Source: an uncultured delta proteobacterium (lineage in GTDB: Bacteria; Myxococcota_A; Polyangia; Polyangiales; B10-G4). Taken from it: a stretch of 64,000 nt of DNA. The stretch is taken from positions 448,001-512,000 of the forward strand of contig CAVSGI010000006.1 in NCBI GenBank assembly GCA_963727445.1, in the 5' to 3' direction. The notes beneath the pieces are model-generated. The model saw only the letters and a program-made list of their open reading frames with translations, did not search any database and was not told the origin of the DNA. Position 1 is the first letter of the stretch. Each line of letters starts with the position of its first letter. Of the stretch, positions 1 to 7,831 are shown in pieces. The translations under genes were made by a program, and so were the position numbers.

Positions 1-994
1 CGGCTCGGCCATCAGGCCGAGCTCCTCGAGGGTCGGCGTGAGCTGACGAAGGTCGCGATCCGAGAGGGACGGAAGGAGCGTGACCATGATGGCCGGCGTG
101 AGCCCCACGTCCTTCGGAAGACGACCCACCGCCTGCTTGTAGCTGAGCCCCTGGGTGACGATGGCCTCGCAGAATCTCGGCCTCCGACAGGCCGTCGAAG
201 CGCTCGCTCTTCTCGAGCTCGAGGCCGTCGAGGCCCAGCTCGCGGTGGCCGCCCGCCGCCTGCTTCTGCTTCCAGCCGAGGATCGCGAAGAAGCGCTCGG
301 CCTGAGGCTTGTAGCCGACCTTGCGAGCGATCTTCTTGATCGTCTCCTTGTAGCCCGCGCGCACCAGGCCGGCGAGCATCGGCTCGTTCTTCTCGCGCAT
401 CTCGAGCCAACGCGTCGCCGCCTTCGGCCAGCGCCCGAGGGGCGGCTTGGTGCCGCCCGGATCGGCGAATCCCGCCGCGCGGTTGAGCGTGGCGATGCTC
501 TCGGCCTCGAGGAGCTCTGCCACGCGCAGCACCGCCTTCGGGGTGAGCATGCGCGTCGACTTCTTCTCGTAGTGAAGGAGCATCGACTCGCCCACCAGGC
601 GGTAGTCGTCGTCGTGGAACGCGACGGATCCGTCGTCGTCCACGATCGGCTGGCCCGCGTGGGGCTGTACGAGCATCAGCGCGGCGCAAGCGACCTTGAG
701 GTCGCGCCAATCGGTCTCGCTGAGCGCGTAGCTCGCGAAGCGCGCGGCGAGCTCGTGGTTGAGCTCGTAGAGCTCGATGAGCTTGCCGTAGAGGCGCTCG
801 GCAGCCGGGACGTGGAGACCCGGATCGACCGGCCTGCCGCGGACGCGGTTTCCCTTGCGCGGATGCCAGACGCCGCCGACGTCCACACCCGGACGGTTGT
901 GCCAGAGGTGCGCCGAGGAGTTCAGGACCAGATCGAGCAGCCGCTCGGCCGGACCCATCTGCTCACGCGGGAGGGGCGTGGTGTTCTCCGTCAT
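1..994 (-). CDS. Conserved-looking helical protein (N-terminal ~330 aa; runs off window), candidate divergent Ro60/TROVE-like RNA-binding protein; one apparent +1 indel at ~173
   Basis: Not in the ORF track. ATG at 994 with GGAG 6 nt upstream; reads MTENTTPLPREQMGPAERLLDLVLNSSAHLWHNRPG...DWRDLKVACAALMLVQ...GYKETIKKIARKVGYKP...LGWKQKQ with strong GC3 bias. The bias collapses at GAG ATT CTG C (~173) and is restored by deleting one base (EICEAIVTQGLSYKQAVGRLPKDVGLTPAIM). The Ro-like identity is inferred from the adjacent RNAs only. Confidence 0.8.
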   Translation of the reverse strand, partial: MTENTTPLPREQMGPAERLLDLVLNSSAHLWHNRPGVDVGGVWHPRKGNRVRGRPVDPGLHVPAAERLYGKLIELYELNHELAARFASYALSETDWRDLKVACAALMLVQPHAGQPIVDDDGSVAFHDDDYRLVGESMLLHYEKKSTRMLTPKAVLRVAELLEAESIATLNRAAGFADPGGTKPPLGRWPKAATRWLEMREKNEPMLAGLVRAGYKETIKKIARKVGYKPQAERFFAILGWKQKQAAGGHRELGLDGLELEKSERFDGLSEAEILRGHRHPGAQLQAGGGSSSEGRGAHAGHHGHAPSVPLGSRPSSAHADPRGARPDGRA

Positions 995-1014
995 GTCGAT
1001 CTCCGGATGCTAAT

Positions 1015-1051
1015 GGAAAAGAAGAAGGCCGGCGCCTTGGAGGCGCCGGCC
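1015..1051 (-). terminator. Intrinsic terminator between the ncRNAs and the downstream CDS
   Basis: Minus strand GGCCGGCGCCT-CCA-AGGCGCCGGCC (11-bp perfect stem) followed by TTCTTCTTTTCC. Confidence 0.8.
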
Positions 1052-1098
1052 GTTTGCGGGCAGGGCCTTTTCTACGAAGTCCCTGACTGGAATTGAGA

Positions 1099-1247
1099 GT
1101 GCGGCCGAGTGGCGAAGCCACGAGGGTTATTAACCCCGGATCTAGAGTCCGGTGCTCTACCACTGAGCTACAAATCACTTGCGGTGATTGGACTGGATTC
1201 GAACCAGCGACAACGTTTGCGTGTAGGGCTACGCCTGCTGGCCGCAC
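1099..1247 (-). ncRNA. YrlA-like Y RNA containing a circularly permuted tRNA module with a CUA anticodon arm
   Basis: Terminal stem GTGCGGCC/GGCCGCAC and upper stem GGCGtAGCC/GGCTtCGCC. These enclose a T arm GCTGG-TTCGAAT-CCAGT (1208-1192), a closed acceptor stem CCAATCAC-CGCAA-GTGATTTG (1191-1171), TA, a D arm GCTC-AGTGGTA-GAGC (1168-1154) and an anticodon arm CCGGA-CTCTAGA-TCCGG (1152-1136). Confidence 0.85.
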
Positions 1248-1328
1248 AAGACTTTGCTGGCGAGTTTGGAGCGTCACGAAGGGACGCGGACTCGCGAGTC
1301 GGGGACGAGGTCCCCGACTGAAATTGGA

Positions 1329-1428
1329 AACACGTCCGAGTGAGGAAGCCGCAATGCCGACTGATTAGGTCGGTGCCCCATCCGGGGCACCTTGCTTTGC
1401 GTGTAGGGCCTCGTCGATTGGTCGTGTC
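1329..1428 (-). ncRNA. Second Y-RNA-like ncRNA (YrlB-like, no T/D arms), paralog of the 1099-1247 RNA
   Basis: Shares the exact 14-mer GCCCTACACGCAAA, the GGCTTC..CACTCGG motif and a 19/22-identical 3' tail with the other unit. Terminal stem GACACGaCC/GGaCGTGTT shows compensatory differences. Internal hairpins GGTGCCCC-GGAT-GGGGCACC and CCGAC-CTAATCA-GTCGG. Confidence 0.7.
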
Positions 1429-1502
1429 GAAAACGGTCTCGATGGCTATTGCTCGTCGCCTCGCGTCTGCGTGGCGGAGCGTACGCTCCCTCGAGTCACC
1501 GC

Positions 1503-1530
1503 ATGATGTGTCGCGCCTCTCATGCGTCAA
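1503..1530 (-). promoter_or_regulatory. Possible sigma70-type promoter for the ncRNA pair
   Basis: TTGACG-16 nt-CATCAT on the minus strand, ~75 nt upstream of the first RNA stem; weak -10. Confidence 0.3.
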
Positions 1531-1962
1531 CCCTGGCGCTTCGAAAAAAGAATCGACCACCGCGTCCACGAGCTGCTCGAGCTTGCCGCGTCTGTCTTTC
1601 TTCGCCGGCCGGTAGTCGGCGATCGCGCCGAGCTGCACCGGCAAGAGAAACGCGCCGCCGCACCTGCCGCAGCGATAGATGTCCGGACCGCCCTCGTCGA
1701 GGTAGGGCGTGAGCACCAGATCGGCGCGACACTCGGGGCAGCCCTTCGTCGGCGACACGGCGACGCCCGGCTTGAAGCGCCCCGCCGTCTCGAGGCTGCG
1801 CGCCACCGCGCCGGGCTCCCCGTCGAAGTAGTCGAGGAAGACCGAGCCGCAGCCGTCGCAGACGTCGACCTCGACCTGCTCCCCCTGATGCGCGACGTGG
1901 TGCGCGGTCATGGGGCCTCCGCAGCTCGGGCAGGCCCTCACCTCACGTCGGTAGCCGGTCAC
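1527..1962 (-). CDS. Double zinc-ribbon (zf-TFIIB-like) protein; probable +1 indel at ~1552
   Basis: CPSC..CDGC and CPEC..CGRC pairs. Removing one base at GATTCT (~1552) gives ...VVDLFSKRQG-TGA(1529-1527) instead of a read-through across the ncRNAs to 1168. Confidence 0.75.
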
Positions 1963-1977
1963 GCCCCTTCTCGAGAG

Positions 1978-2649
1978 TCAGCGGCAACCGTGGCGACGCA
2001 CCTGCGCCGCCTGACGCTCCACGAAGCGGAAGGCGCGCGAGACGTAGCGCTCGTCCTTGCCGATCTCCGACACCCGATAGACCGCCTCGAGACGGAGGCC
2101 GTCGTCGGTCTCTTCGAAGATGTAGTGGCTGGTGGGCACCTCTTCGGTGCCGCCCATGGAGCAGTCGGTGCGGGGCGGGCCCGACAGAGTCGCCTGGCAG
2201 GCCATGTCGTTGAGCTCCCGGCCGCGCGTGAGGTCCTGGCCGAGCTGCGTGGTCAGGGTTTCGTACTGGGCCTCGAGCGCGTGATGGCAGTAGTGCAGGG
2301 CGTTCTGGACGAGGCTCCCCTCGTCGTCGTCGTGGTTGTGGACGACCAGAAGGCCTTTTTCGTCCCGATCGACGAGCTCGGCGAAAGGCGTCTCGCCGTC
2401 CGCGACCGACTGAAGCAGCTGCAGGTTCGCGTGAGCGTGATCCACGGGCTCGCTCTCGGCAGATGTCTCCCCATTCTGGCCGTCGGCCTCGCCTTCTTGG
2501 CTCGGCTGGGTGGTGGTGGTGTCGCTCCGTGCGACGTCACCACCCGCTGTGCCCTCGCCCGCAGTGGTGTCTTCGGTGGTCGACGGCTCACCACCGCCGC
2601 AGGCGATGAGGAAAGGGATCAGGGACGTGGCAAACAGCGTACAGCGCAT
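1978..2649 (-). CDS. Hypothetical lipoprotein
   Basis: Signal peptide with lipobox LIAC, low-complexity T/E linker, GGAG RBS, GC3 bias. Confidence 0.75.
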   Translation of the reverse strand: MRCTLFATSLIPFLIACGGGEPSTTEDTTAGEGTAGGDVARSDTTTTQPSQEGEADGQNGETSAESEPVDHAHANLQLLQSVADGETPFAELVDRDEKGLLVVHNHDDDEGSLVQNALHYCHHALEAQYETLTTQLGQDLTRGRELNDMACQATLSGPPRTDCSMGGTEEVPTSHYIFEETDDGLRLEAVYRVSEIGKDERYVSRAFRFVERQAAQVRRHGCR

Positions 2650-2729
2650 CGGGGTGGTTCTCCTCTGGGGATGGTGAGCCGGCGAGGGTAAGGGAAATTA
2701 CTTCTCGGTCAAACCGCGGGGAAGGCACG

Positions 2730-2761
2730 AAAAAGCCCGCCCGGCGTGCGCCGAGCGGGCT
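2730..2761 (-). terminator. Intrinsic terminator
   Basis: AGCCCGCTCGGCG-CA-CGCCGGGCGGGCT followed by TTTT on the minus strand, just after the 2782 stop. Confidence 0.75.
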
Positions 2762-2781
2762 CTCTCAGGGCAGGCTTCGCC

Positions 2782-3603
2782 TCAGGCGTAGGCGTCGGCG
2801 ATCGAGGCCTGGAGCGGGGCCGGGGCGAGCCGCGGATCCGCCACCTGGTTGCGCTCGCACTCGCGCGCCCAGAGGTAGAAGCAGGTGTAGTAGGTGCTCT
2901 TCATGTAGCCGCTCACGGTCCAGTAGACGTTGATCATCGTGAAGAAGACCAGGCCCGCGAGGATCGGGCTGATGCCGGAGAGCATGTTGGCGAGGAAGTA
3001 GCCGCCGCCGATGGTGACGAGGCTGAGCAGGTAGGTCAGGAAGCCGAGGCCGATGATGCCCACGCCGACCTGGGTCGGGTCGTGCTTCATCAGGTCCTTG
3101 CTGCGCTTGAAGGCGGCAAAGAAGCCCATGCCTTCGATGACCATGGCCGGCATCACGACGTAGGTCGCGGTGGTCCAGATCACACGGAGGATCTGCAGGA
3201 GGATGGTGCCGATGATGTCGTCACGCTCCTGCGCGTAGCTCGAGAGCAGGTCGAGGGCCGCCGAAACGGAGGCGAACACGAGGATCCCCGGGCTGGCTTT
3301 GAGCGTTCGGCTCATCGCCGGACCGAACTTCGCGTTCTGCGTCGTGACCTGGTCGTAGATCAATGAGACAGCGAGGCCGGCGCAGAAGTAGTCGATGAAG
3401 TAGAGGGCCGTGACCCCGAGGGCCATGATCACGAACCCGACTGGCCCGTCCGAGAACAGCGAGTACACGATCGCGAGCGCGATGTTGACCGGAACCGCGA
3501 CGCCGAGATTGATCGCCATTGGCGCGGCGAGGGATGGGTTGTCCTTGACCATCCCCACGACCTGTCCAGCGAACTTGAATACGCGGAAGTACCTTGCGAG
3601 CAT
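2782..3603 (-). CDS. Multi-pass membrane protein (DUF6159-like)
   Basis: ATG 3603 with GAGGAG RBS; about 5 TM segments; W-x-x-A-T-Y-V-V-M-P-A-M-V-I-E...A-F-K-R-S motif typical of this family. Confidence 0.75.
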   Translation of the reverse strand: MLARYFRVFKFAGQVVGMVKDNPSLAAPMAINLGVAVPVNIALAIVYSLFSDGPVGFVIMALGVTALYFIDYFCAGLAVSLIYDQVTTQNAKFGPAMSRTLKASPGILVFASVSAALDLLSSYAQERDDIIGTILLQILRVIWTTATYVVMPAMVIEGMGFFAAFKRSKDLMKHDPTQVGVGIIGLGFLTYLLSLVTIGGGYFLANMLSGISPILAGLVFFTMINVYWTVSGYMKSTYYTCFYLWARECERNQVADPRLAPAPLQASIADAYA

Positions 3604-3749
3604 CCAGCATCCTCCTCGAAGGCTTCGTGCCTTCGCTCCCACCTGACCGCGGGATGGGTCGCACGATACCAAAGATCGATGCTGTGGTGGCAGGGCAGAA
3701 CGCCATCCGGGTGGGATAGCGCCTTACATGCCCTGGCTCGGAAGACTCC

Positions 3750-4949
3750 CTAATCCCGGACCACGAAGCGTACGTCGCCTTCGTAGGTGAGCTCGCCGAG
3801 CTCGAGCTCCTCGAGCTTGTCGAGGACCTCGAGGCCCCGATAGCCGAAGGCCTGGGAGCGGGGATTGTCGATCTCCAGGACCTCTCCTTCGCGGGTGAGC
3901 AAACGGAATCGTCGCTGGTCGGGCCCGGCCTCGACCACGCCATCCACGCGCTCCACGTGTGGATAGCGGTAGCCGCCTCCGTGGGGAAGGAGATTGGCGC
4001 CCACGACGCGATCTTCGACGCCGTGCTCGTGCGCCCGCTCGAGGAAGCCCACCCGCTCGGCGATCTCCTCGGTGAAGTTCTTCTTCGGCTTCACCATGAA
4101 GATCGGATCGTCAGCCGAGATGGTGAGCGGATAGCGCGCCCCGCGCTCGATGTCGGCGTCGTCGAAGACGTAGCAGCCGAGGTGGCAGGCGTTGACCTCG
4201 GTCATCCCCTGATGGGTCGCGTTCTCGACCACGCTCCAGGCGTCGTCGAAGAGAGCCCGCGCGATCGCTTCACGTCGTCGCTCGTTCCAGTTCTGCACTT
4301 TCATGTAGCACTCGAAGAACCAGGCGGCGTCGTCTCCGGTGAGCGTGTGGAGCTTGCCCCAGGGCGTCTCGAAAATCCGCGCGCGCTTCCGGAGATCCTC
4401 CGACTTGTCGTAGTAGATGCCGACGCCGAAGGGGGACTGCACCCGGTGCTCGTGTCCGCTCGAGTGCATGACGAAGTACGCGGGCGCCGCCGGATCCTCA
4501 CCGATGCCCCGCTTGGTCTCGACCACGTCGAGGAAGTGATTGCCTTCGTGCAGGTCGTATTCGACGTGGATCCCTTCGAGCTCGATGCCGTCCTCGACGA
4601 GCTTGCGCGCCCGCGCCGCGACCTCTTCGCGGTCCGGAACCTCGGGCAGCGCGCCGACCAGCACGCCACAGCCGTTCGACTTGATGTCGAGCACCGCGAA
4701 GTCGCCGCTCCACTGGATGCGTCCGCCGTAGCCGAAGCCCTGGCCCCATCGGACCTCGTTCCGCGTCACGGTGGCGTCCGGCGCCCCTACGAAGGTGGCG
4801 TCGGGCGGCAGCCCCAGCTCCTTCTGTACGTGGTGGATCTTGGCGATGCCGTAGGGCATGTTGGCCGCGCAGAGCTGCTCCCCGACATCACCGATGCCGG
4901 CCAAGAAGCAGTGTTCGCGGGCTCTTTCGAGAAGCTCGTCGTCGCTCAT
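3750..4949 (-). CDS. rtcB: Highly divergent RtcB-like RNA ligase (399 aa)
   Basis: RtcB motif equivalents in the correct order: APD, DIKSNGCG, GNHF, HSSG, NATHQG, PHGGG, GYR. Start MSDDELL just downstream of the upstream gene's stop. Confidence 0.7.
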   Translation of the reverse strand: MSDDELLERAREHCFLAGIGDVGEQLCAANMPYGIAKIHHVQKELGLPPDATFVGAPDATVTRNEVRWGQGFGYGGRIQWSGDFAVLDIKSNGCGVLVGALPEVPDREEVAARARKLVEDGIELEGIHVEYDLHEGNHFLDVVETKRGIGEDPAAPAYFVMHSSGHEHRVQSPFGVGIYYDKSEDLRKRARIFETPWGKLHTLTGDDAAWFFECYMKVQNWNERRREAIARALFDDAWSVVENATHQGMTEVNACHLGCYVFDDADIERGARYPLTISADDPIFMVKPKKNFTEEIAERVGFLERAHEHGVEDRVVGANLLPHGGGYRYPHVERVDGVVEAGPDQRRFRLLTREGEVLEIDNPRSQAFGYRGLEVLDKLEELELGELTYEGDVRFVVRD

Positions 4950-4956
4950 GCCCGTC

Positions 4957-6792
4957 CTACCTAGCGCTCCTGCGCCGCCGGCGGAACCCCAAGACGAAAA
5001 GCAGGGCGAAGAGCCCTGCGCCCGTCGGGGCGCCGCTGTCGCCGTGACCGACGCTGCAGCCACCGCGATCGCGCTCACGAATCGACCCGTCGACGCTGCC
5101 GTCGACGCTCGCATCGCTGCCGACGCTCCCGTCGGGCACGCCTGCATCGGGCATCACCACCACTTCGCCATCGACGACGAAGTGCGCCATCACCGGCTCG
5201 GTCTCGACCGTCCCGTCCGACACCCACACGCGCCAGTACCAGTCGCCAGCGGCCAGAGGCCCGGGGGGGGTGAACGTGGTGTAGCCAGGCGTCTCGGCGA
5301 CCTCGCCCGACTCCACGCTCAATCCCGAGTCGAAGGTTTCGCTTCGATCGAGCTCGAAGAAGTAGGTGAGCGTGTCCTCGACGTCGGGGTCTTGTGCGTT
5401 CGCGGCCACCAGACGCGGTGAGGCGTTCTCGGGGAGCAGCACCTCGACCGGATAGAGAGGCATGGGGTTCGACGGAACGCGGTTCGGCGAGACCGTCAGC
5501 TCCCAGCTCTGAGAGCCCATGCCCATGTCGTCGTCCATCACCTGGACCTCGACCTGGATGGTGTCGGTGCCCACCGTCACGTCGCGATCATCGGGGGTCC
5601 AGGTCAGCCGGCCCTCGTCGCTGATGACCATGCGCTCGGGGCCGGTGACGAGGCTGAAGCTCAGCGGGTCGGCCATGCCCGCGGGCTCGTCGACGACCAT
5701 GTCGTAGATGTACGGCGCGCCGACGCTCGCGATCGGGGGCGGGGTGCTCGTGACCGTCGGGTCCACGTTGAGCACGCTGATGGTGCGGTAGCGCTCGGTC
5801 GTGTTGGTGCCGTCGCTCGCCTGGACGCCGACCCGGACGGTGCCGGGTCCATCGGTGGTGCCCGCCCCGATGGTGTAGCTGTCCATGCCCATGAGCTCGC
5901 CGAAGGTGCCGTCGTCGTCGGTGTCCCAGGAATAGGTGAAGGGGTCGCCTTCGAGGTCTTCGATGGTGGCCATCACCGTCACCTCGGATCCCTCGTCCAT
6001 CTCGAAAGGCGCGTCGAAGTGAACGCGCGGCGCACCGGGAGTCGCGAGGCCGAAGTTCTGGATCTGGTCGAGATAGTCGTCGAGTCCCACCAGCACGTCG
6101 TCCGGCGTCGCGACCACGCGGCGTGCTTCGGCCTGCGCCATCGCCTGGTTCATGGCCTGGATGGCGAAGGTCAAGAAGGCCACGCGCCCCCCGGCGGGGA
6201 CCGAGACGCTGAAGCTCCACGTGAAGTTGTCGCTGGTGATCGACGCAGCGGTCGCCGAGACCGGCGCGCCGTCCCCCTGAAGGACGTGCGCGAGCGACGG
6301 ATCGAGAGAGCCGTCGGTGTCGTCGGTGCCGAACCAGAAGTCCGCCGTGCTGAAGAGCGTGTCGCCGCTGCTGCTCGCGTAGACGACGGTGCCCGAGTCG
6401 CTCCCCAGATTGCCGCGGATGGTCACCGTCGCCGTCGTTGCCGAGCTTCCGGGGTTGCGCACCACGTCGAGGAAGCGCGCGTACTCACCGCCAGAGGCGG
6501 GGACGTAGATCTGCCGGCTCACCATGAGGCCGCCGATGGCTTGCTCGGGAAGGACGACGTTGCGGCCGCCCATGGTCGTGGTCGCCGTGCCTCCGCCGTA
6601 AGTCGTGCTGTTGACCTCGAGGTAGTACGCGCCGTCGTAGGCGTCGGTGGTGCCGTTGCTCAGATATCCGCCGGAGGTCTCGTAGATGTCCATCAGGAAG
6701 CCGCCCGCGGTCATCAGGTTGATGAGGGCGAGGGCGACGGCAGGGATCGCCATGGCCAAGAGGAAGCCGGCGAGGGGAAGAAAGCGACGCAT
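4957..6792 (-). CDS. Secreted surface protein with PKD/Ig-like domains and MYXO-CTERM sorting signal
   Basis: Signal peptide; YSWDTDDDG (PKD-like) and Ig/cadherin-like LTWTP segments; C-terminal GGCSV...hydrophobic-RRRRR. Confidence 0.85.
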   Translation of the reverse strand: MRRFLPLAGFLLAMAIPAVALALINLMTAGGFLMDIYETSGGYLSNGTTDAYDGAYYLEVNSTTYGGGTATTTMGGRNVVLPEQAIGGLMVSRQIYVPASGGEYARFLDVVRNPGSSATTATVTIRGNLGSDSGTVVYASSSGDTLFSTADFWFGTDDTDGSLDPSLAHVLQGDGAPVSATAASITSDNFTWSFSVSVPAGGRVAFLTFAIQAMNQAMAQAEARRVVATPDDVLVGLDDYLDQIQNFGLATPGAPRVHFDAPFEMDEGSEVTVMATIEDLEGDPFTYSWDTDDDGTFGELMGMDSYTIGAGTTDGPGTVRVGVQASDGTNTTERYRTISVLNVDPTVTSTPPPIASVGAPYIYDMVVDEPAGMADPLSFSLVTGPERMVISDEGRLTWTPDDRDVTVGTDTIQVEVQVMDDDMGMGSQSWELTVSPNRVPSNPMPLYPVEVLLPENASPRLVAANAQDPDVEDTLTYFFELDRSETFDSGLSVESGEVAETPGYTTFTPPGPLAAGDWYWRVWVSDGTVETEPVMAHFVVDGEVVVMPDAGVPDGSVGSDASVDGSVDGSIRERDRGGCSVGHGDSGAPTGAGLFALLFVLGFRRRRRSAR

Positions 6793-6843
6793 GGAGCTGA
6801 GTTTGCGCGCCAAACGGGCGCTTTTCAAAGGGACTGTGGCGGG

Positions 6844-7809
6844 CTAGAAGGTTCCGCCGACGGAGACCGCGCCACCGCCGGGGAGGGGAGAGGCGCCCCA
6901 GTGCAGCTGGACCCCACGGTTGGCGCTCTCCTGCTCATCGAGGCGCTCGAGGAGCTCTTGGTAGGTGCTCCAGCGACGCTCGGCCTCCGATCGGGAGATC
7001 AGGCTGATCACGCCGCTGACCACGCTGATGCCGGCGCCGATGATCACGAAGGCGCCGAAGGCGTCGATGTCGAAGTTGTTGGGGCCGAGGTAGAGGGGCA
7101 CGATCGCCAGCCCCACGCCGATGTTGATGCTCGCGTCCAGGATGCGGGCGATCCGGAAGCGGCGCGCGATCGCTTCGAGCTCCTGCTCGCCGTAGGCCAG
7201 CTTCGCGTACACCTCCTGGGTCGTGCCCATGGGCATGTGCGAGAACTGGACGTAGGGATCCTGGGTGTTCGGCGTGAGCAGCAGGTCGATGATCCCGCGC
7301 GTGACGCTCGCCCCCCCGAAGACGTAGAGGTAGGGCGAGAGGTATTGGTCGTTGATCAGGGCGCCGAGGGTGATCGAGATGCCGCCGGTGACGATGGAGA
7401 GGATCCCGTTCACCAGGCCGCCGCTCCGCGCGGCGACGGCGGCGAAATCCGCGTCGAGGACGCGCAACCGCGTCGCGATGCGGCTGGGGATCCGCACGCG
7501 GGGCGTCGCGTCGCCTTCTTCGCCGCTGACCGTTGGGTAGCGGCGCTCGGAGGCCGGCACCGAGCCAGGCGGCTCCGGCACCACCATCGGGCCTTCGGGG
7601 GTGGCGCCCGGTGGCGTCGGGACTGTCACGGTCTCCACCCCTGTTGGCGTCGGCGGTGGTGGGGTCGCGACGGGCGCGGAGACGGAGCTCGCGCCCGGGG
7701 CCGCGGGCGGCTGACCGAGGTCGCCGCCGCCCTCCTGGGCACGCGCGGCCTGGCTCGAGGAGAGCACGCCCACCATCGCGCAGTAGAGGACCAGGCGGCG
7801 GGCTTTCAT
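6844..7809 (-). CDS. Hypothetical membrane/secreted protein with Pro-rich N-terminus
   Basis: Signal peptide (AARA-Q), Pro-rich linker, 4 hydrophobic segments, C-terminal GGTF. Confidence 0.75.
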   Translation of the reverse strand: MKARRLVLYCAMVGVLSSSQAARAQEGGGDLGQPPAAPGASSVSAPVATPPPPTPTGVETVTVPTPPGATPEGPMVVPEPPGSVPASERRYPTVSGEEGDATPRVRIPSRIATRLRVLDADFAAVAARSGGLVNGILSIVTGGISITLGALINDQYLSPYLYVFGGASVTRGIIDLLLTPNTQDPYVQFSHMPMGTTQEVYAKLAYGEQELEAIARRFRIARILDASINIGVGLAIVPLYLGPNNFDIDAFGAFVIIGAGISVVSGVISLISRSEAERRWSTYQELLERLDEQESANRGVQLHWGASPLPGGGAVSVGGTF

Positions 7810-7831
7810 GACGCAGATCATAGCACGCTCA

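Noticed and set aside
155..1096. 313-aa plus-strand ORF
   Set aside because: Antisense shadow of the real minus-strand gene, which has the RBS and GC3 bias.
1136..1213. Ordinary tRNA gene or tRNA-Pyl (CUA)
   Set aside because: The arms are in permuted order with a closed acceptor stem and no CCA. The D and T loops are canonical, unlike tRNA-Pyl, and no pyl genes are in the window.
1168..1526. C-terminal extension of the zinc-ribbon ORF across the ncRNAs, and small ORFs 963-1277, 1093-1368, 1109-1321
   Set aside because: No codon bias. A single indel at the recurrent GATTCT motif gives a natural stop at 1527, and the region is better explained as structured RNA.
3600..3752. Amber read-through of the RtcB-like gene's TAG stop by the CUA RNA
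   Set aside because: The sequence after the TAG lacks codon bias and is not in frame with the next gene; TAG stops are common in this window.
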